Of a stretch of DNA of 64,000 nucleotides, positions 39,389-49,302 are shown piece by piece. The first letter of the stretch is position 1. Each line of letters opens with the position of its first letter. The translations under genes and the position numbers were made by a program. Source of the DNA: Candidatus Moraniibacteriota bacterium (GTDB taxonomy: Bacteria > Patescibacteriota > Minisyncoccia > Moranbacterales > UBA2206). The notes under the pieces were generated by a model, which searched no databases, was not told the DNA's origin, and saw only the letters and a list, made by a program, of their open reading frames with translations. The stretch spans positions 2,177 through 66,176 of the forward strand of contig DMWY01000008.1 of NCBI GenBank assembly GCA_003483065.1, written 5' to 3'.

Positions 39389-40966
39389 ATGGAAATAAAA
39401 AATAAAAAACTAAAAGCTTCGGCTTTGGCTTATGCGCTTATAATCATGGCAATCGTGATGATTATTTTGACTTCAATGCTTGGCTACATCACTAGTCAAA
39501 TTAAGTTTAGTGCTAACAGGGCCCAAAAAGAAGAAGCTTTTCAAATCGCTGAAGCGGGAATATATTTTTATCGTTGGTACCTTGCTCATCAAACAGCTGG
39601 AAAAACTGCACGGGAAGTGGATGATTTTTGGCAGGGTAGTAGTCCCTTGGGTGTTGATTCCCCCTATCAAAAAACTTTTAGTGATCCCGAAGGTGGAGTG
39701 ATTGGATCATATTCCATTGAAGCGGAGCGCCCAATGTCTGGTTCAACTATTGTAGTGGTTAAATCAACTGGATGGACAAATAAGGAGCCAAATCTTAAAA
39801 GAACAGTGCGAGTGAGATTCCGTCGTCCCTCTTGGAGTGAGTACGCAGTATTAGCTAATGATTTTATGCGTTTTGGTCAAGGCACGGAAGTTTTTGGTAA
39901 GATTCATTCTAATAAAGGAATTCGTTTTGACGGACTGGCTCATAATATCGTTTCAAGTCTGATGACGACATTTGATGACCCCGATCATAGTGGGGGCAAT
40001 GAATTTGGAGTACATACTCATGTGAATACTCCACCAACTACAGGAGTGAATAATAATTATCGACCACTTGAAGCACCTCCCAATCCAGTTCAAACTCGAA
40101 GTGATGTTTTTGCAATTGGTCGGGAATTTCCAGTGTCAGAAGTTAGTTTCGCTGGAGTTTCTTCAGACTTAGCTTTTATGAGAACTCAAGCACAAAGTGG
40201 CAGTGGGAGATATTTTAACAATTCTGGTTGTGGGAGAACAATAAGCTTAACTAATGGAACATTCAATATTTGCACGGTGAATTCTTATAACTCTGATTCT
40301 TATTCTATATCTGATTATCAAGGGATAGTTACTGGAGCGACAGGAGGTTATAGTGGAAGTAATGGTACAAGTTGCACAACCTCCGCCTGTTGTTTATATA
40401 GTGATTGTGGATGGATTAGTTCAAGTCGTCATAGTAGGGGTAAGTGTGTGAGTATGGCTAATTATGATATTCCTAATAATGGGATTATTTTTGTGGATGA
40501 TAATGCTTGGGTGGAGGGAACAATTAATGATAAAAAAGTTACCATAGTAGCAACGTATAATTCAGTTATTGGGGATAATTCTTGCAGTACTAATACTTCT
40601 CGTGATATCTATATCGGTATGAATAATTTACTTTATACTAATTTTGATGGTCGAGATGTGATTGGGCTTATTGCTCAAAATAATATTAGTGTAGTTGCCA
40701 ATAGCTTAAATAACCTAACAATTGACGGTGCACTTTTAGCCCAATCAGGTAGGGTGGGAAGAAATCACTACAGTTCTTCTTATGACAAAAGCACCATTAC
40801 AGTCAATGGTTCAATGGCCACTAATATTCGTTATGGCTTTGCTTATACTGATGGAACAGGTTATGATAATCGAATTTTAAATTTTGATAATAATTTGCTC
40901 TATTATCCACCACCATATTTTCCCACAGGTTCGCAATACTCAATTGATTTATGGGAAGAAATATAA
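39389..40966 (+). CDS. PilX-like minor pilin/adhesin with a Cys-rich insert
   Basis: A|SALAYALII lacking Glu5, AFQIAEAGI, C-terminal PPPYFP...WEE. Confidence 0.75.
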   Translation: MEIKNKKLKASALAYALIIMAIVMIILTSMLGYITSQIKFSANRAQKEEAFQIAEAGIYFYRWYLAHQTAGKTAREVDDFWQGSSPLGVDSPYQKTFSDPEGGVIGSYSIEAERPMSGSTIVVVKSTGWTNKEPNLKRTVRVRFRRPSWSEYAVLANDFMRFGQGTEVFGKIHSNKGIRFDGLAHNIVSSLMTTFDDPDHSGGNEFGVHTHVNTPPTTGVNNNYRPLEAPPNPVQTRSDVFAIGREFPVSEVSFAGVSSDLAFMRTQAQSGSGRYFNNSGCGRTISLTNGTFNICTVNSYNSDSYSISDYQGIVTGATGGYSGSNGTSCTTSACCLYSDCGWISSSRHSRGKCVSMANYDIPNNGIIFVDDNAWVEGTINDKKVTIVATYNSVIGDNSCSTNTSRDIYIGMNNLLYTNFDGRDVIGLIAQNNISVVANSLNNLTIDGALLAQSGRVGRNHYSSSYDKSTITVNGSMATNIRYGFAYTDGTGYDNRILNFDNNLLYYPPPYFPTGSQYSIDLWEEI

Positions 40967-40999
40967 TAGAATAGAAGATGTAAAACAAAACAAAAAATT

Positions 41000-42076
41000 A
41001 TGGCTTTTTGGAATAAGGAAATAATTAGCTTGAATGAAAAATATTTTAGCTTAGACATCAGTGATCTTTCAGTGAAAGTTTTTCAATTAGAAAAAAAAGG
41101 AGGAAAAGATGAGATTAGAAGTTTTGGAGTGAGTGAAATTCCACTGGGATGTATTGAAAACGGAGAGATAATTAATCGCGAAAAAGTCGTTGAAGTAATC
41201 AAAAAGCTTTTGACCACAGCTGGTCCCAAAAAAATCAACACTAAGAAAGTGATTTGTTCTTTGCCAGAATCGAAAGTATTTTTGCGGGCTGTCACTATTC
41301 CTGAGATGAGCAAGGATGAGGCAGCTGAAGCGATAAAATGGGAAATTGAAGCTAGTACTCCGCTAGCGTTGGAACAGGTTTATTACGACTGGCAATTTTT
41401 GGATAAATTTGAAGGAAAGCAGAATGTTTTAACGGCAGCTGTAGGCAAGGATTTCGTGGATAAGCTTTCAGAAATTCTGACAGATTGTGGCTTGGAAGTT
41501 TGTGGTATGGAAGTAGAATCAGTAGCATCGACTCGAAGTTTGATTGCCAAGGATGCCAAGGCAGAAAATATTTTTCTAATTGTAGATATTGGTTCAAGCA
41601 AAACTAGTTTCACTGTCACCGAAGGAAACATTCCATATTTTACTTCTAGCATTCCTTTTTCTTCTTCTGGCATCACAGAAGAAATTTCCAGTAGGATGAA
41701 TTTCCAAAAAGAGGAAGCGGAAAAAATAAAAATTACCCAAGGGATAGAAAATTCTGCTGGGAACAATTCTGTTTTGAATTCGATTGGTTCTCTTTTGGAA
41801 AATCTGGCGGTAGAAATTGAGAGGACAATGGATTTCTATCAGAATATGTCCAAAAGTCATCCGGAAATAGAAAAAATTATTTTGACTGGCGGTGGCTCCA
41901 ATCTCAAAGGTCTTTTGACTTATTTGAAAACAAAAATTTCCACCGAAATAGTTTTGGGAGATCCTTGGATAAATTTAAATTTAGCTAATAAATTGCCCAA
42001 GATAAGCCAAGAGGATGCAATGCGCTATGTTGTGTCTATTGGATTAGCTATGCGAGAAACTGATTATGGAGATTAA
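41000..42076 (+). CDS. pilM: Type IV pilus assembly protein PilM
   Basis: Actin-like LDISDLSVK, IVDIGSSKT, ILTGGGSNLKGL, SIGLAMR. Confidence 0.9.
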   Translation: MAFWNKEIISLNEKYFSLDISDLSVKVFQLEKKGGKDEIRSFGVSEIPLGCIENGEIINREKVVEVIKKLLTTAGPKKINTKKVICSLPESKVFLRAVTIPEMSKDEAAEAIKWEIEASTPLALEQVYYDWQFLDKFEGKQNVLTAAVGKDFVDKLSEILTDCGLEVCGMEVESVASTRSLIAKDAKAENIFLIVDIGSSKTSFTVTEGNIPYFTSSIPFSSSGITEEISSRMNFQKEEAEKIKITQGIENSAGNNSVLNSIGSLLENLAVEIERTMDFYQNMSKSHPEIEKIILTGGGSNLKGLLTYLKTKISTEIVLGDPWINLNLANKLPKISQEDAMRYVVSIGLAMRETDYGD

Positions 42077-42617
42077 ACTTAACTTAATATCGCCGGAAAA
42101 AAAAGAAGAAATTTCCAAAAAGAATCAATTGACGGCGACTATCCGAATAGAAATCTTTCTGACAGTCATTCTGGCAGTTTTCTTGGGTATGCTTTTGATT
42201 TTTAGCTATATTTTAAATCTAAATTTAAATTCAACCTTAACGGCGGAAAAGAAAAGTGAGAACAGTGGGAAATATGACAAAATTAAGGAACTGGACGCAA
42301 ATTTCAGCCAAGCTAATCGAAATTTAACTGATGTTATTTCCATAAAAAACAGCCAACTGCATTGGTCAAAAATGTTTGTAAAAATAAATAGTTTGGTTTT
42401 TCCGGGGATAAAAATAATCTCAGTAGTCACAAATGACTATTCGGTTAGTCTCGGAGGGATTTCTGATACGCGTGATAATCTGATGTTATTTAAGGATAAG
42501 TTGAACAGTGAAAAATGTTTTACGAATGTCAATTTACCACTGGCTGATTTGGTGGGAAAAAGTGATATTGTTTTTCAAATAGATCTAAGTATTGATAAAA
42601 ATTGTCTAAAAAACTAA
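42066..42617 (+). CDS. pilN: PilN-like protein
   Basis: N-terminal IKLNLISP motif, TM, coiled coil; follows pilM. Confidence 0.75.
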   Translation: MEIKLNLISPEKKEEISKKNQLTATIRIEIFLTVILAVFLGMLLIFSYILNLNLNSTLTAEKKSENSGKYDKIKELDANFSQANRNLTDVISIKNSQLHWSKMFVKINSLVFPGIKIISVVTNDYSVSLGGISDTRDNLMLFKDKLNSEKCFTNVNLPLADLVGKSDIVFQIDLSIDKNCLKN

Positions 42618-43282
42618 TGAAAGAAATTTGGAAGAAAAATAAATTAACGTTCATTATCTTGGGCTACGTGGTGGTTTTTTCAGTCGTGGTATATTTTTTG
42701 GTGCTTCCTTTGATTTCTAAAACTAAATCAATTTCAACTCAAATCCAAGAAAAAATAGTCGATCAAAAAATTGAGGAAACCAAGCTTAGAAATTTGCCTC
42801 AAATGAACAAAGACTGGGAAGATTTCAAAGCGCAAAAAAACTCAGTAGATGTAATTCTTAGTCCTGGTAGTGAGATAAGTTTCATAGAAAGCATTGATTC
42901 GATTGCGCAAAAGTCCGGCAATATAATTGATTTGAAAATTGGTGATCAGGTTGATCCAAAAGAGGTGGAAAAAATAAAAGCTAGCGCCAAGAAAAATAAG
43001 GAACAAAAAGGCGTAATGGATGACATTTCCTATACTAGTTATTTTCCTATGCAAATTAATCTAAAAGGGGATTATCAAAGCTTACTTAATTTTGTTCATA
43101 TGCTGGAGAATGGACATTTCTATGTAAATATAATTTCGATAAATTCCAAAAAACAAACAGTGGAAAATTCATCGTCGAACCAAAGTATGTTTTCTAGCGA
43201 AGAAGAAAAAGAGAAGAATAAAAATAATGCCAAAGAAACTATTGTAAGCGCTATAAACGCTATAGTTTATACGCAAAGATAA
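42617..43282 (+). CDS. pilO: PilO-like protein
   Basis: TM, coiled coil, LKGDYQSLLNFVHMLEN. ATG at 42617 overlaps the pilN stop. Confidence 0.7.
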   Translation: MKEIWKKNKLTFIILGYVVVFSVVVYFLVLPLISKTKSISTQIQEKIVDQKIEETKLRNLPQMNKDWEDFKAQKNSVDVILSPGSEISFIESIDSIAQKSGNIIDLKIGDQVDPKEVEKIKASAKKNKEQKGVMDDISYTSYFPMQINLKGDYQSLLNFVHMLENGHFYVNIISINSKKQTVENSSSNQSMFSSEEEKEKNKNNAKETIVSAINAIVYTQR

Positions 43283-43287
43283 AAATT

Positions 43288-43635
43288 ATGAAAATGGATT
43301 TGAAAATTGATTTGAAAGATTTGCAGAAATATTTGAATGTATCAACAATGCGTCGAAGCGCAGGAATTTTCTTTTTCAAAAAAGCGCAATTTTTTCTACT
43401 TTTGATTCTATTTTTCTCTGCAATTTACCTAGTTTTTATTTGGTACACCTATATATTTAATTCGCAGTGGAATGATGTGCGCGTCAAAGAATATATGACA
43501 GCGAAACAAAGCAAAAGCGAAACTGTTTTTAATCGGGAAAATTTTCAAAAAGTCATCGATGAATCAAATGCCAGAAGCGCCGAATTTGAAAAGCCCTTGG
43601 AGAATGTGGAGGATATTTTTCGGTTGAATAAATAA
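43288..43635 (+). CDS. Single-TM hypothetical protein ending the pil operon
   Basis: 115 aa with one TM; occupies the usual pilP position. Confidence 0.6.
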   Translation: MKMDLKIDLKDLQKYLNVSTMRRSAGIFFFKKAQFFLLLILFFSAIYLVFIWYTYIFNSQWNDVRVKEYMTAKQSKSETVFNRENFQKVIDESNARSAEFEKPLENVEDIFRLNK

Positions 43636-43650
43636 AAGAATTAGAAAACA

Positions 43651-43678
43651 AAAACACTGCGATGAGCAGTGTTTTTTA
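43651..43678. terminator. Bidirectional intrinsic terminator
   Basis: AAAACACTGC-GATGA-GCAGTGTTTTTT between the pil operon and the tRNA cluster. Confidence 0.75.
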
Positions 43679-43683
43679 TTTTG

Positions 43684-43756
43684 TGCGCCGGGCAGGAATC
43701 GAACCTGCGACCAATAGCTTAGAAGGCTACTGCTCTATCCACTGAGCTACCGGCGC
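43684..43756 (-). tRNA. tRNA-Arg(TCT)
   Basis: GCGCCGGTAGCTCAGTGGATAGAGC...anticodon loop CTTCTAA...GGTTCGATTCC; CCA not encoded. Confidence 0.95.
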
Positions 43757-43837
43757 ATCTTTGTTTTATTGTTGAGTAATGGGGGAGAAGGGGAGATAGA
43801 ATTTTATTCTGCCTCACGCCTTCTCCATTTTTTCTCC

Positions 43838-44071
43838 CTATATCCAGTTCCATAGGGGAAAAGGGATTTTCCCAAGCCAGTTTTCCCACCAGCTTAAGTT
43901 TCTTTCTATTTTTATTCTCCCCTCCCTTTTTTTCCAGGTGAAAATAACTTCTTCATACCCACAATTTGGACATTTAAAACAAAATATCCCTGGCTCTTGT
44001 TCCACGAACATCCATACTGCTTCCCAGACTGCCGTACATTTTGGCGCCGGGCAAGGTTTTTTTTGTGCCAT
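43838..44071 (-). CDS. Small Zn-ribbon protein inside the tRNA cluster
   Basis: CPAPKC...CPNCG with an AAGGAGGTG RBS. Confidence 0.6.
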   Translation of the reverse strand: MAQKKPCPAPKCTAVWEAVWMFVEQEPGIFCFKCPNCGYEEVIFTWKKREGRIKIERNLSWWENWLGKIPFPLWNWI

Positions 44072-44113
44072 TTGGCACCTCCTTTTTTTAAATCGTTTTT
44101 ATTATTTCTCCTG

Positions 44114-44186
44114 GGCGGTCACTGGGAATCGAACCCAAATTCTCGGTACCACAAACCGATGTCTTAGCCACTAGACGATGACCGCC
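44114..44186 (-). tRNA. tRNA-His(GTG)
   Basis: G-1 encoded and C73 present; anticodon loop TTGTGGT; GGTTCGATTCC. Confidence 0.93.
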
Positions 44187-44202
44187 ATATATTATTTTTT
44201 TG

Positions 44203-44275
44203 TGCACCCACCGGGACTCGAACCTGGGACCATATCCTTAAGAGGGATCTGCTCTACCAACTGAGCTATGGGTGC
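44203..44275 (-). tRNA. tRNA-Lys(CTT)
   Basis: GCACCCATAGCTCAGTTGGTAGAGC, loop CTCTTAA, GGTTCGAGTCC. Confidence 0.93.
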
Positions 44276-44300
44276 GTCGTCGCTATTTCTTGAAATTTTG

Positions 44301-44373
44301 TGCGCCCGGCAGGAATCGGACCTACAACCCCTTGGTTCGAAGCCAAGTACTCTATCCATTGAGCTACGGGCGC
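44301..44373 (-). tRNA. tRNA-Arg(TCG)
   Basis: CTTGG-CTTCGAA-CCAAG anticodon arm; T-loop reads GGTCCGATTCC. Confidence 0.9.
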
Positions 44374-44407
44374 GTCGTCGTTATCAATCCTCTTTACAAC
44401 ATATAAA

Positions 44408-44436
44408 ATACTAGCTTAAATAAATGGCCTAGTCAA
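44408..44436 (-). promoter_or_regulatory. Promoter of the tRNA cluster
   Basis: TTGACT-17nt-TAGTAT on the minus strand. Confidence 0.6.
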
Positions 44437-44442
44437 CTGATT

Positions 44443-45780
44443 CTACATGTTGTGTTCACTTTTGTACCTTCTCCATTCTTTGTCTGACCAATCCTTTGGT
44501 TTTTCAGTGAGGGTATTTTCGGCGCCTGGGTGAGGATATTTATTGGGAGAATCATAGGCGCTATTAAAAACATCCTCCCGAATAAGTTTCTCATTTTTAT
44601 CAAAAACTTGCTGAGTGAAAGTGGTTTTTAGCGAGCCGTCGGGTTTTTTTTCTAAAACAGTCGGGCCGATAACATTCGTTTTTCTTCCGTCATTTGTTCC
44701 GTAGAAATTGAAAATTAATTCTTTGCCTTCGATTTTTGTTTCGATAAGAATGTGTCCAGGAGTGTTGTTTTTAAAACGCAAATCTGGAAGAGGAACGTAA
44801 ACAGTAGCATCCATTCCTTGCGGATTATAATAACTCACTGGATAAGCGTGGTTTCTTCTGGCAGTTATTTCAAGCCCGGAATTTATCGCAGCACGAAAAG
44901 CGGTGGTAGAAACTTGGCAAATTCCTCCGCCAAATTCTGGTTCAGTCTTATCATGTTTAATGACTAGTTCTGGAAGATAACCATGCTCGCCGTCTACTTC
45001 TCCGAGAATTTTCACGAAAGAAAATTCTTCTTCAGACTTAATGAGAACTCCATTGAATCTTTTGGTGGCTACATTGATATTGAATATCCTATTTTTTGGC
45101 GAACCGGCAAAATTTGATTTTCCAGTTCCAATGAGACTGGTAATGCCTAAATTATTTTGTGAATCGGAAGAAATTTCCGGTTGGATTTTTTGTGTTGGCA
45201 GATCAAGCGAAGCTGAAAAATTTTGTGCTAATAGAAAGTCCCTAAGAATTTGGACGCTTTTTTCTTCATCAAGCTTTATCCCTGGGCTGGAAAGAGCAAA
45301 AACAGAAACCCTTCCGTCAGTTATTTCAAATTTTGCATCCAAGGGATCCTTGTTGGTTTTTCTAGCTAAGTCTCTGGTAAAATTTTCAATTGCATCGGTA
45401 TTAATACTAAGGGTATATTTTTTCTTGATATGTTTTTGATTTTCATAGGGAAAGGAAAGTCGACATTCGAGAGATTTTTCATATTGGCAAAAATTGATAT
45501 TTTCTATTTCAGAAAAATATTTAGAGTCAAAAGCAAGGTAATTTTTTTCTTTTAACCAAGTGGAAATTTCTGACTTCGTCAAGGAGTAGGGGGCGCCATT
45601 TACAATTAAATTTAAATCAGTCGGAATTTTTTCTAATATTTCAGCTGGCAAAATCTGGGCAGAAATATTCCCTGGCCAAAAAGCCAGAGTGAAAAAATAG
45701 GCGATTAAGATGTATTTTCTAGTTTGCATAGCTTTAATATACCATAAATAGAAAGAAAAACACAGAATCATCTGTGTCAT
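44443..45780 (-). CDS. VanW-family protein
   Basis: RIFNI...EFSF...GGGICQVSTTAFRAA...RRNH...DATVY...DLRFKN. True start is probably somewhat downstream. Confidence 0.9.
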   Translation of the reverse strand: MTQMILCFSFYLWYIKAMQTRKYILIAYFFTLAFWPGNISAQILPAEILEKIPTDLNLIVNGAPYSLTKSEISTWLKEKNYLAFDSKYFSEIENINFCQYEKSLECRLSFPYENQKHIKKKYTLSINTDAIENFTRDLARKTNKDPLDAKFEITDGRVSVFALSSPGIKLDEEKSVQILRDFLLAQNFSASLDLPTQKIQPEISSDSQNNLGITSLIGTGKSNFAGSPKNRIFNINVATKRFNGVLIKSEEEFSFVKILGEVDGEHGYLPELVIKHDKTEPEFGGGICQVSTTAFRAAINSGLEITARRNHAYPVSYYNPQGMDATVYVPLPDLRFKNNTPGHILIETKIEGKELIFNFYGTNDGRKTNVIGPTVLEKKPDGSLKTTFTQQVFDKNEKLIREDVFNSAYDSPNKYPHPGAENTLTEKPKDWSDKEWRRYKSEHNM

Positions 45781-45811
45781 TCTGTTGAGTCTGGCGTGTC
45801 TGATTTTTTAT

Positions 45812-46351
45812 TTAGAATCCTCTAACTTGAATTTTTTTGGTTTTAGTATTGTCGGCCTTTGGCAGACGAATTGTCAAAATTCCATTTTTCATGGATGCTT
45901 CTATTTTATCAGCCAACACATCTACTGGCAGAATAACAGAACGGGAAAAGCTCCCCCAATAACATTCTTGGTAATAATAATTTTCTTCGGAAACTTCTTC
46001 GTCTTTTCTTCTTTCACCACGGATGGTGATCATATCATTGTTGATGCTCACATCCAAATCTTCCGGTTTCACACCAGCGATAGTGGAGCGAATCACCACA
46101 TCATTGTCAGTTTGGTAAACATCGATAGTGAGTTGTCCTTCACCGTCTTCTTGAATAGGGGCTGAGTGCATTTCTTCTCGTTCCATCATACGAGGAGATG
46201 AATTGATGATCATTTCTGCTTCAGCAGTGTCTTCGGAGTAGATATTAGAGATATTCATCGGACGTTCTCTTTCAAAAGATCCGCCTTCACTACTGTCAAT
46301 TGATCGGGAACCGGTTAATTTTTCAAAAAAAGATTTTTTTACTTTAGTCAT
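45812..46351 (-). CDS. Small heat-shock protein (Hsp20)
   Basis: IDVYQT...ITIRGER...WGSFSRSVILP...NGILTIRLPK. Confidence 0.93.
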   Translation of the reverse strand: MTKVKKSFFEKLTGSRSIDSSEGGSFERERPMNISNIYSEDTAEAEMIINSSPRMMEREEMHSAPIQEDGEGQLTIDVYQTDNDVVIRSTIAGVKPEDLDVSINNDMITIRGERRKDEEVSEENYYYQECYWGSFSRSVILPVDVLADKIEASMKNGILTIRLPKADNTKTKKIQVRGF

Positions 46352-46416
46352 ATTTGTGTATTATTTATTTATCCTTATTTAATTCTAATTTAATTCTGGT
46401 TTTTTGGCAAGAAAAG

Positions 46417-46956
46417 TTATTTCTTGCTATTTTTACTCACAAAAAAAGCTAGAAAAATGAGGATACCTAATCCACCATTAAGTGTGAGATAGCCGATTGA
46501 AATAAGAATAAAAAAATTGAAAAGAAAATGCAAGAAATAGCCAAGGGCAAAAATAGCCAAAGTGCTCCAAATCGCCAGGTTTTCTTTTCTAGCCAGATAG
46601 AGACCGTAGATTGAGGAAGTGAAAATATGAATCAAAAATAACCCAAGGTAAGAGAAGAATAATTCAAGATTGAAAGGGTTGTTATTTAGAACATTGAGAA
46701 ATATTTCCGCAGTAGCAAATCCGCTACCCAAAATAATCGAAGACCAAAAAATATTTTTTACACTTTTTGAAATTTTCCATAAAAGGCCGAGCTTGATAAA
46801 TTCTTCAATGAAAATTGCCAAAAGCATGAAATAGCCAATCTTTTCCGAAACGGCAGAATTTTCTAAGGCAGGGAAGATGATTGTTAGAATTGTCTGAATA
46901 ATCAAAGCACTAAGGGCGGCCGCTATTCCAAAAGAGAAAATTAGAATTTTATTCAT
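46417..46956 (-). CDS. PrsW-like intramembrane metalloprotease
   Basis: IEEFIK, GFATAE, H, LHFLFN in TM helices. Confidence 0.7.
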   Translation of the reverse strand: MNKILIFSFGIAAALSALIIQTILTIIFPALENSAVSEKIGYFMLLAIFIEEFIKLGLLWKISKSVKNIFWSSIILGSGFATAEIFLNVLNNNPFNLELFFSYLGLFLIHIFTSSIYGLYLARKENLAIWSTLAIFALGYFLHFLFNFFILISIGYLTLNGGLGILIFLAFFVSKNSKK

Positions 46957-46957
46957 A

Positions 46958-48061
46958 TTAGTTTAATTTTAAATTAGCGTTTGTTTCTAAATTTTTCCAA
47001 TTATTTTTCAATTTATGAGTGCCTTTTTTGAACTTATAACGGAAAGAGGCAGCGATAGCAATCATTGCGGCATTGTCTATGCTATATTTAGTCTCTGGTA
47101 TGCGATAAGCAGTATCCGGCAAATCTTTTTTGATCGCTTCACCAAGTTGTCGGCGCAGTTCAGAATTTGCAGACACGCCACCGGCTAGCATAATAGTTTT
47201 GGGATTATATTTCTTTGCTGCGCGTATGGTTTTGGAAATCAAGACATCGCAAACAGCTTGTTGGAATTCCTGGCAAACTGCACTTACAAAATCTTTATTC
47301 TTCAATAATTTTTCATTTTTTTTGGCTAAATATAAAACAGCAGTTTTGAGTCCAGAAAAAGAAAAATTAAAATTGTCGCTCTTGATCATTGGACGAGGGA
47401 GGGGAGCTTCTAGTTTATATTTTTTAACTCCTGTTGCTTCCTTCGCTACTGCCGGTCCACCAGGATAACCAAGCCCCAAAATTCTTGCGACCTTGTCAAA
47501 AGCTTCGCCCACAGCATCATCTTGAGTTTCGCCGATAATTTCATAAGTCAGATGTTTTTTCATAATAACGAGTTGAGTGTGCCCGCCGGAGACTACCAAA
47601 CAAAGAATAGGAAAACAATGATCAGTGAACAATGAACAAGAATTTATTTTTTCTTGATTCTTGATTCTTGACTCCTGTTCACTGTTAATAAAGTTAGCAT
47701 AGATATGTCCTTCAATATGATGAATTCCAATCAAGGGTTTTTTCCAAAGGTAGGATAATGTTTTGGCGGTTTCCACTCCGATAAGCAGTGCCGGTATTAG
47801 TCCTGGGCCATTAGTGACAGCGATGAGATCAACATCCTTCGAAGTCAAGCGGGCTTTTTTCAAGGCTTCGTCGATAACGGGCATAATATTTTTCAAATGT
47901 TCTCTGGCCGCCAAATTTGGGACTACTCCACCCCAAGTGGCATGAAGAGCTATTTGTGAAGAGACAATATTGGCTAAAACCGAAAAATCACCATTTTTTT
48001 CTTCCAAAATAGCGCAGGCAGTTTCATCGCAAGATGTTTCAAGGCTCAATATTATTTGCAT
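46958..48061 (-). CDS. tsaD: tRNA t6A synthesis protein TsaD
   Basis: LETSCDET, GPGL, HHIEGH, SGGHT, DDAVGEAFDK, FSFSGLKTA, DNAAMIA. Confidence 0.97.
   Translation of the reverse strand: MQIILSLETSCDETACAILEEKNGDFSVLANIVSSQIALHATWGGVVPNLAAREHLKNIMPVIDEALKKARLTSKDVDLIAVTNGPGLIPALLIGVETAKTLSYLWKKPLIGIHHIEGHIYANFINSEQESRIKNQEKINSCSLFTDHCFPILCLVVSGGHTQLVIMKKHLTYEIIGETQDDAVGEAFDKVARILGLGYPGGPAVAKEATGVKKYKLEAPLPRPMIKSDNFNFSFSGLKTAVLYLAKKNEKLLKNKDFVSAVCQEFQQAVCDVLISKTIRAAKKYNPKTIMLAGGVSANSELRRQLGEAIKKDLPDTAYRIPETKYSIDNAAMIAIAASFRYKFKKGTHKLKNNWKNLETNANLKLN
47616..47685. repeat. Inverted heptamer arrays inside tsaD, in frame
   Basis: CAATGAT CAGTGAA CAATGAA CAAGAAT ... (TTCTTGA)x3 CTCCTGT TCACTGT; encodes SEQESRIKNQEKINSCSLFTDH. 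Confidence 0.75.
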
Positions 48062-48147
48062 AAGTCGTTTTTTTGTGCTATAATTAATATATTACAGTAT
48101 TTTAGCATAGTTTTCAAATAGTACTAATAATTAATAAAATAAAAAAT

Positions 48148-48765
48148 ATGAACAGTGCAGAAGAAAATAAACCCGAGCCACAACAAGAGGATGAAAATAT
48201 AATAGAAGCTTCAGTAGTAGAAGAAGGGACTGAGGGTTCAGAAAGAAAAAGTCTTCAAGAGATAGGTAATGAAAGAAAATCTGCTTTATTCAATAAGGGA
48301 AAAGAAGTATTTGGAAAAACAAAAAATGGAATACTTGAGGGATTGAGTTGGCTTAAGAAAAAAGCTGGCGCAACCGTGGACTATGCTTTTGCTGCTCCAG
48401 AAGCAATCCAAAGAGGAGCAGAAGCAACAAAAGAGGGTGCTGTAAAAGGAATTAACGCAACAGTAGACGCTGGAAAATTTGTTGGTGGTAAAATGAAAGA
48501 GGGTGTGGAGCATACAACGAGAATTGCTACAGAAAAATTTGATGCCCTAATGGCAAGAGGGAAACAAACTGGTGAAAATTTGAAATCAAGGGGCAGAGAA
48601 GCTAAAAGTAAGTTTGATAATTGGCGCAACGAAAGGAGTTTGGGAAAATTGCGACAACAAGAAGGTTCTCTTTGGGAACAAATTAATCCGTTAGTTCAGG
48701 AATACCAAAAAATCAGGGAAATGAGAATTAACATGGAAAGAAAAATGGCTGGCCAAGCTATTTAA
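48148..48765 (+). CDS. Hypothetical amphipathic-helical protein
   Basis: 205-aa ORF rich in K/E/G/A repeats. Confidence 0.65.
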   Translation: MNSAEENKPEPQQEDENIIEASVVEEGTEGSERKSLQEIGNERKSALFNKGKEVFGKTKNGILEGLSWLKKKAGATVDYAFAAPEAIQRGAEATKEGAVKGINATVDAGKFVGGKMKEGVEHTTRIATEKFDALMARGKQTGENLKSRGREAKSKFDNWRNERSLGKLRQQEGSLWEQINPLVQEYQKIREMRINMERKMAGQAI

Positions 48766-48796
48766 TTAGGATTTAATAAAAATAAAAAATAAAATT

Positions 48797-49171
48797 ATGA
48801 CTAAAGAAGAATTAATAAAATATATAAACGAAAATACTTTTCTGGAAAGTAATTCGAAAAATAAATATCTATCCATGCTAAATGAGGAAGAAATAGATGA
48901 TTCAAAAATATTAGACGTGCTTAATTTAATAGAAGATGAAATTCAAGGAAAAATTGATGCTAAATTCAAAGAAGCTGGTGTTGAACTGGATGAAAATGAT
49001 CCTGAATATAAAGCAAAGCACGCAGAAATGATGAATGAAATGCAAGCGGCTGAAGATGAATTCAATGTGGAAATGGGAAAAATTGACAAGGAAGTTTCCG
49101 AGGTGCAAAAAGAAGCTTCGCAGCAATTAGATGATATAAAGGCGCAAGCGGTGAGATCATCTATGGAATAA
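48797..49171 (+). CDS. Hypothetical acidic coiled-coil protein
   Basis: 124-aa ORF followed by the terminator ATACCGGC...GCCGGTAT plus T-run. Confidence 0.65.
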   Translation: MTKEELIKYINENTFLESNSKNKYLSMLNEEEIDDSKILDVLNLIEDEIQGKIDAKFKEAGVELDENDPEYKAKHAEMMNEMQAAEDEFNVEMGKIDKEVSEVQKEASQQLDDIKAQAVRSSME

Positions 49172-49302
49172 TTTGGCTATAAAATAGGAATACCGGCTAT
49201 AATGCCGGTATTTTTTTTGTGATGAAAGCTCATATGCTAAATAGCAGTAGTGTAGTATAATTATTATTGCGAAATATAAAGTAAAAAATTCAAGTATTAT
49301 AA

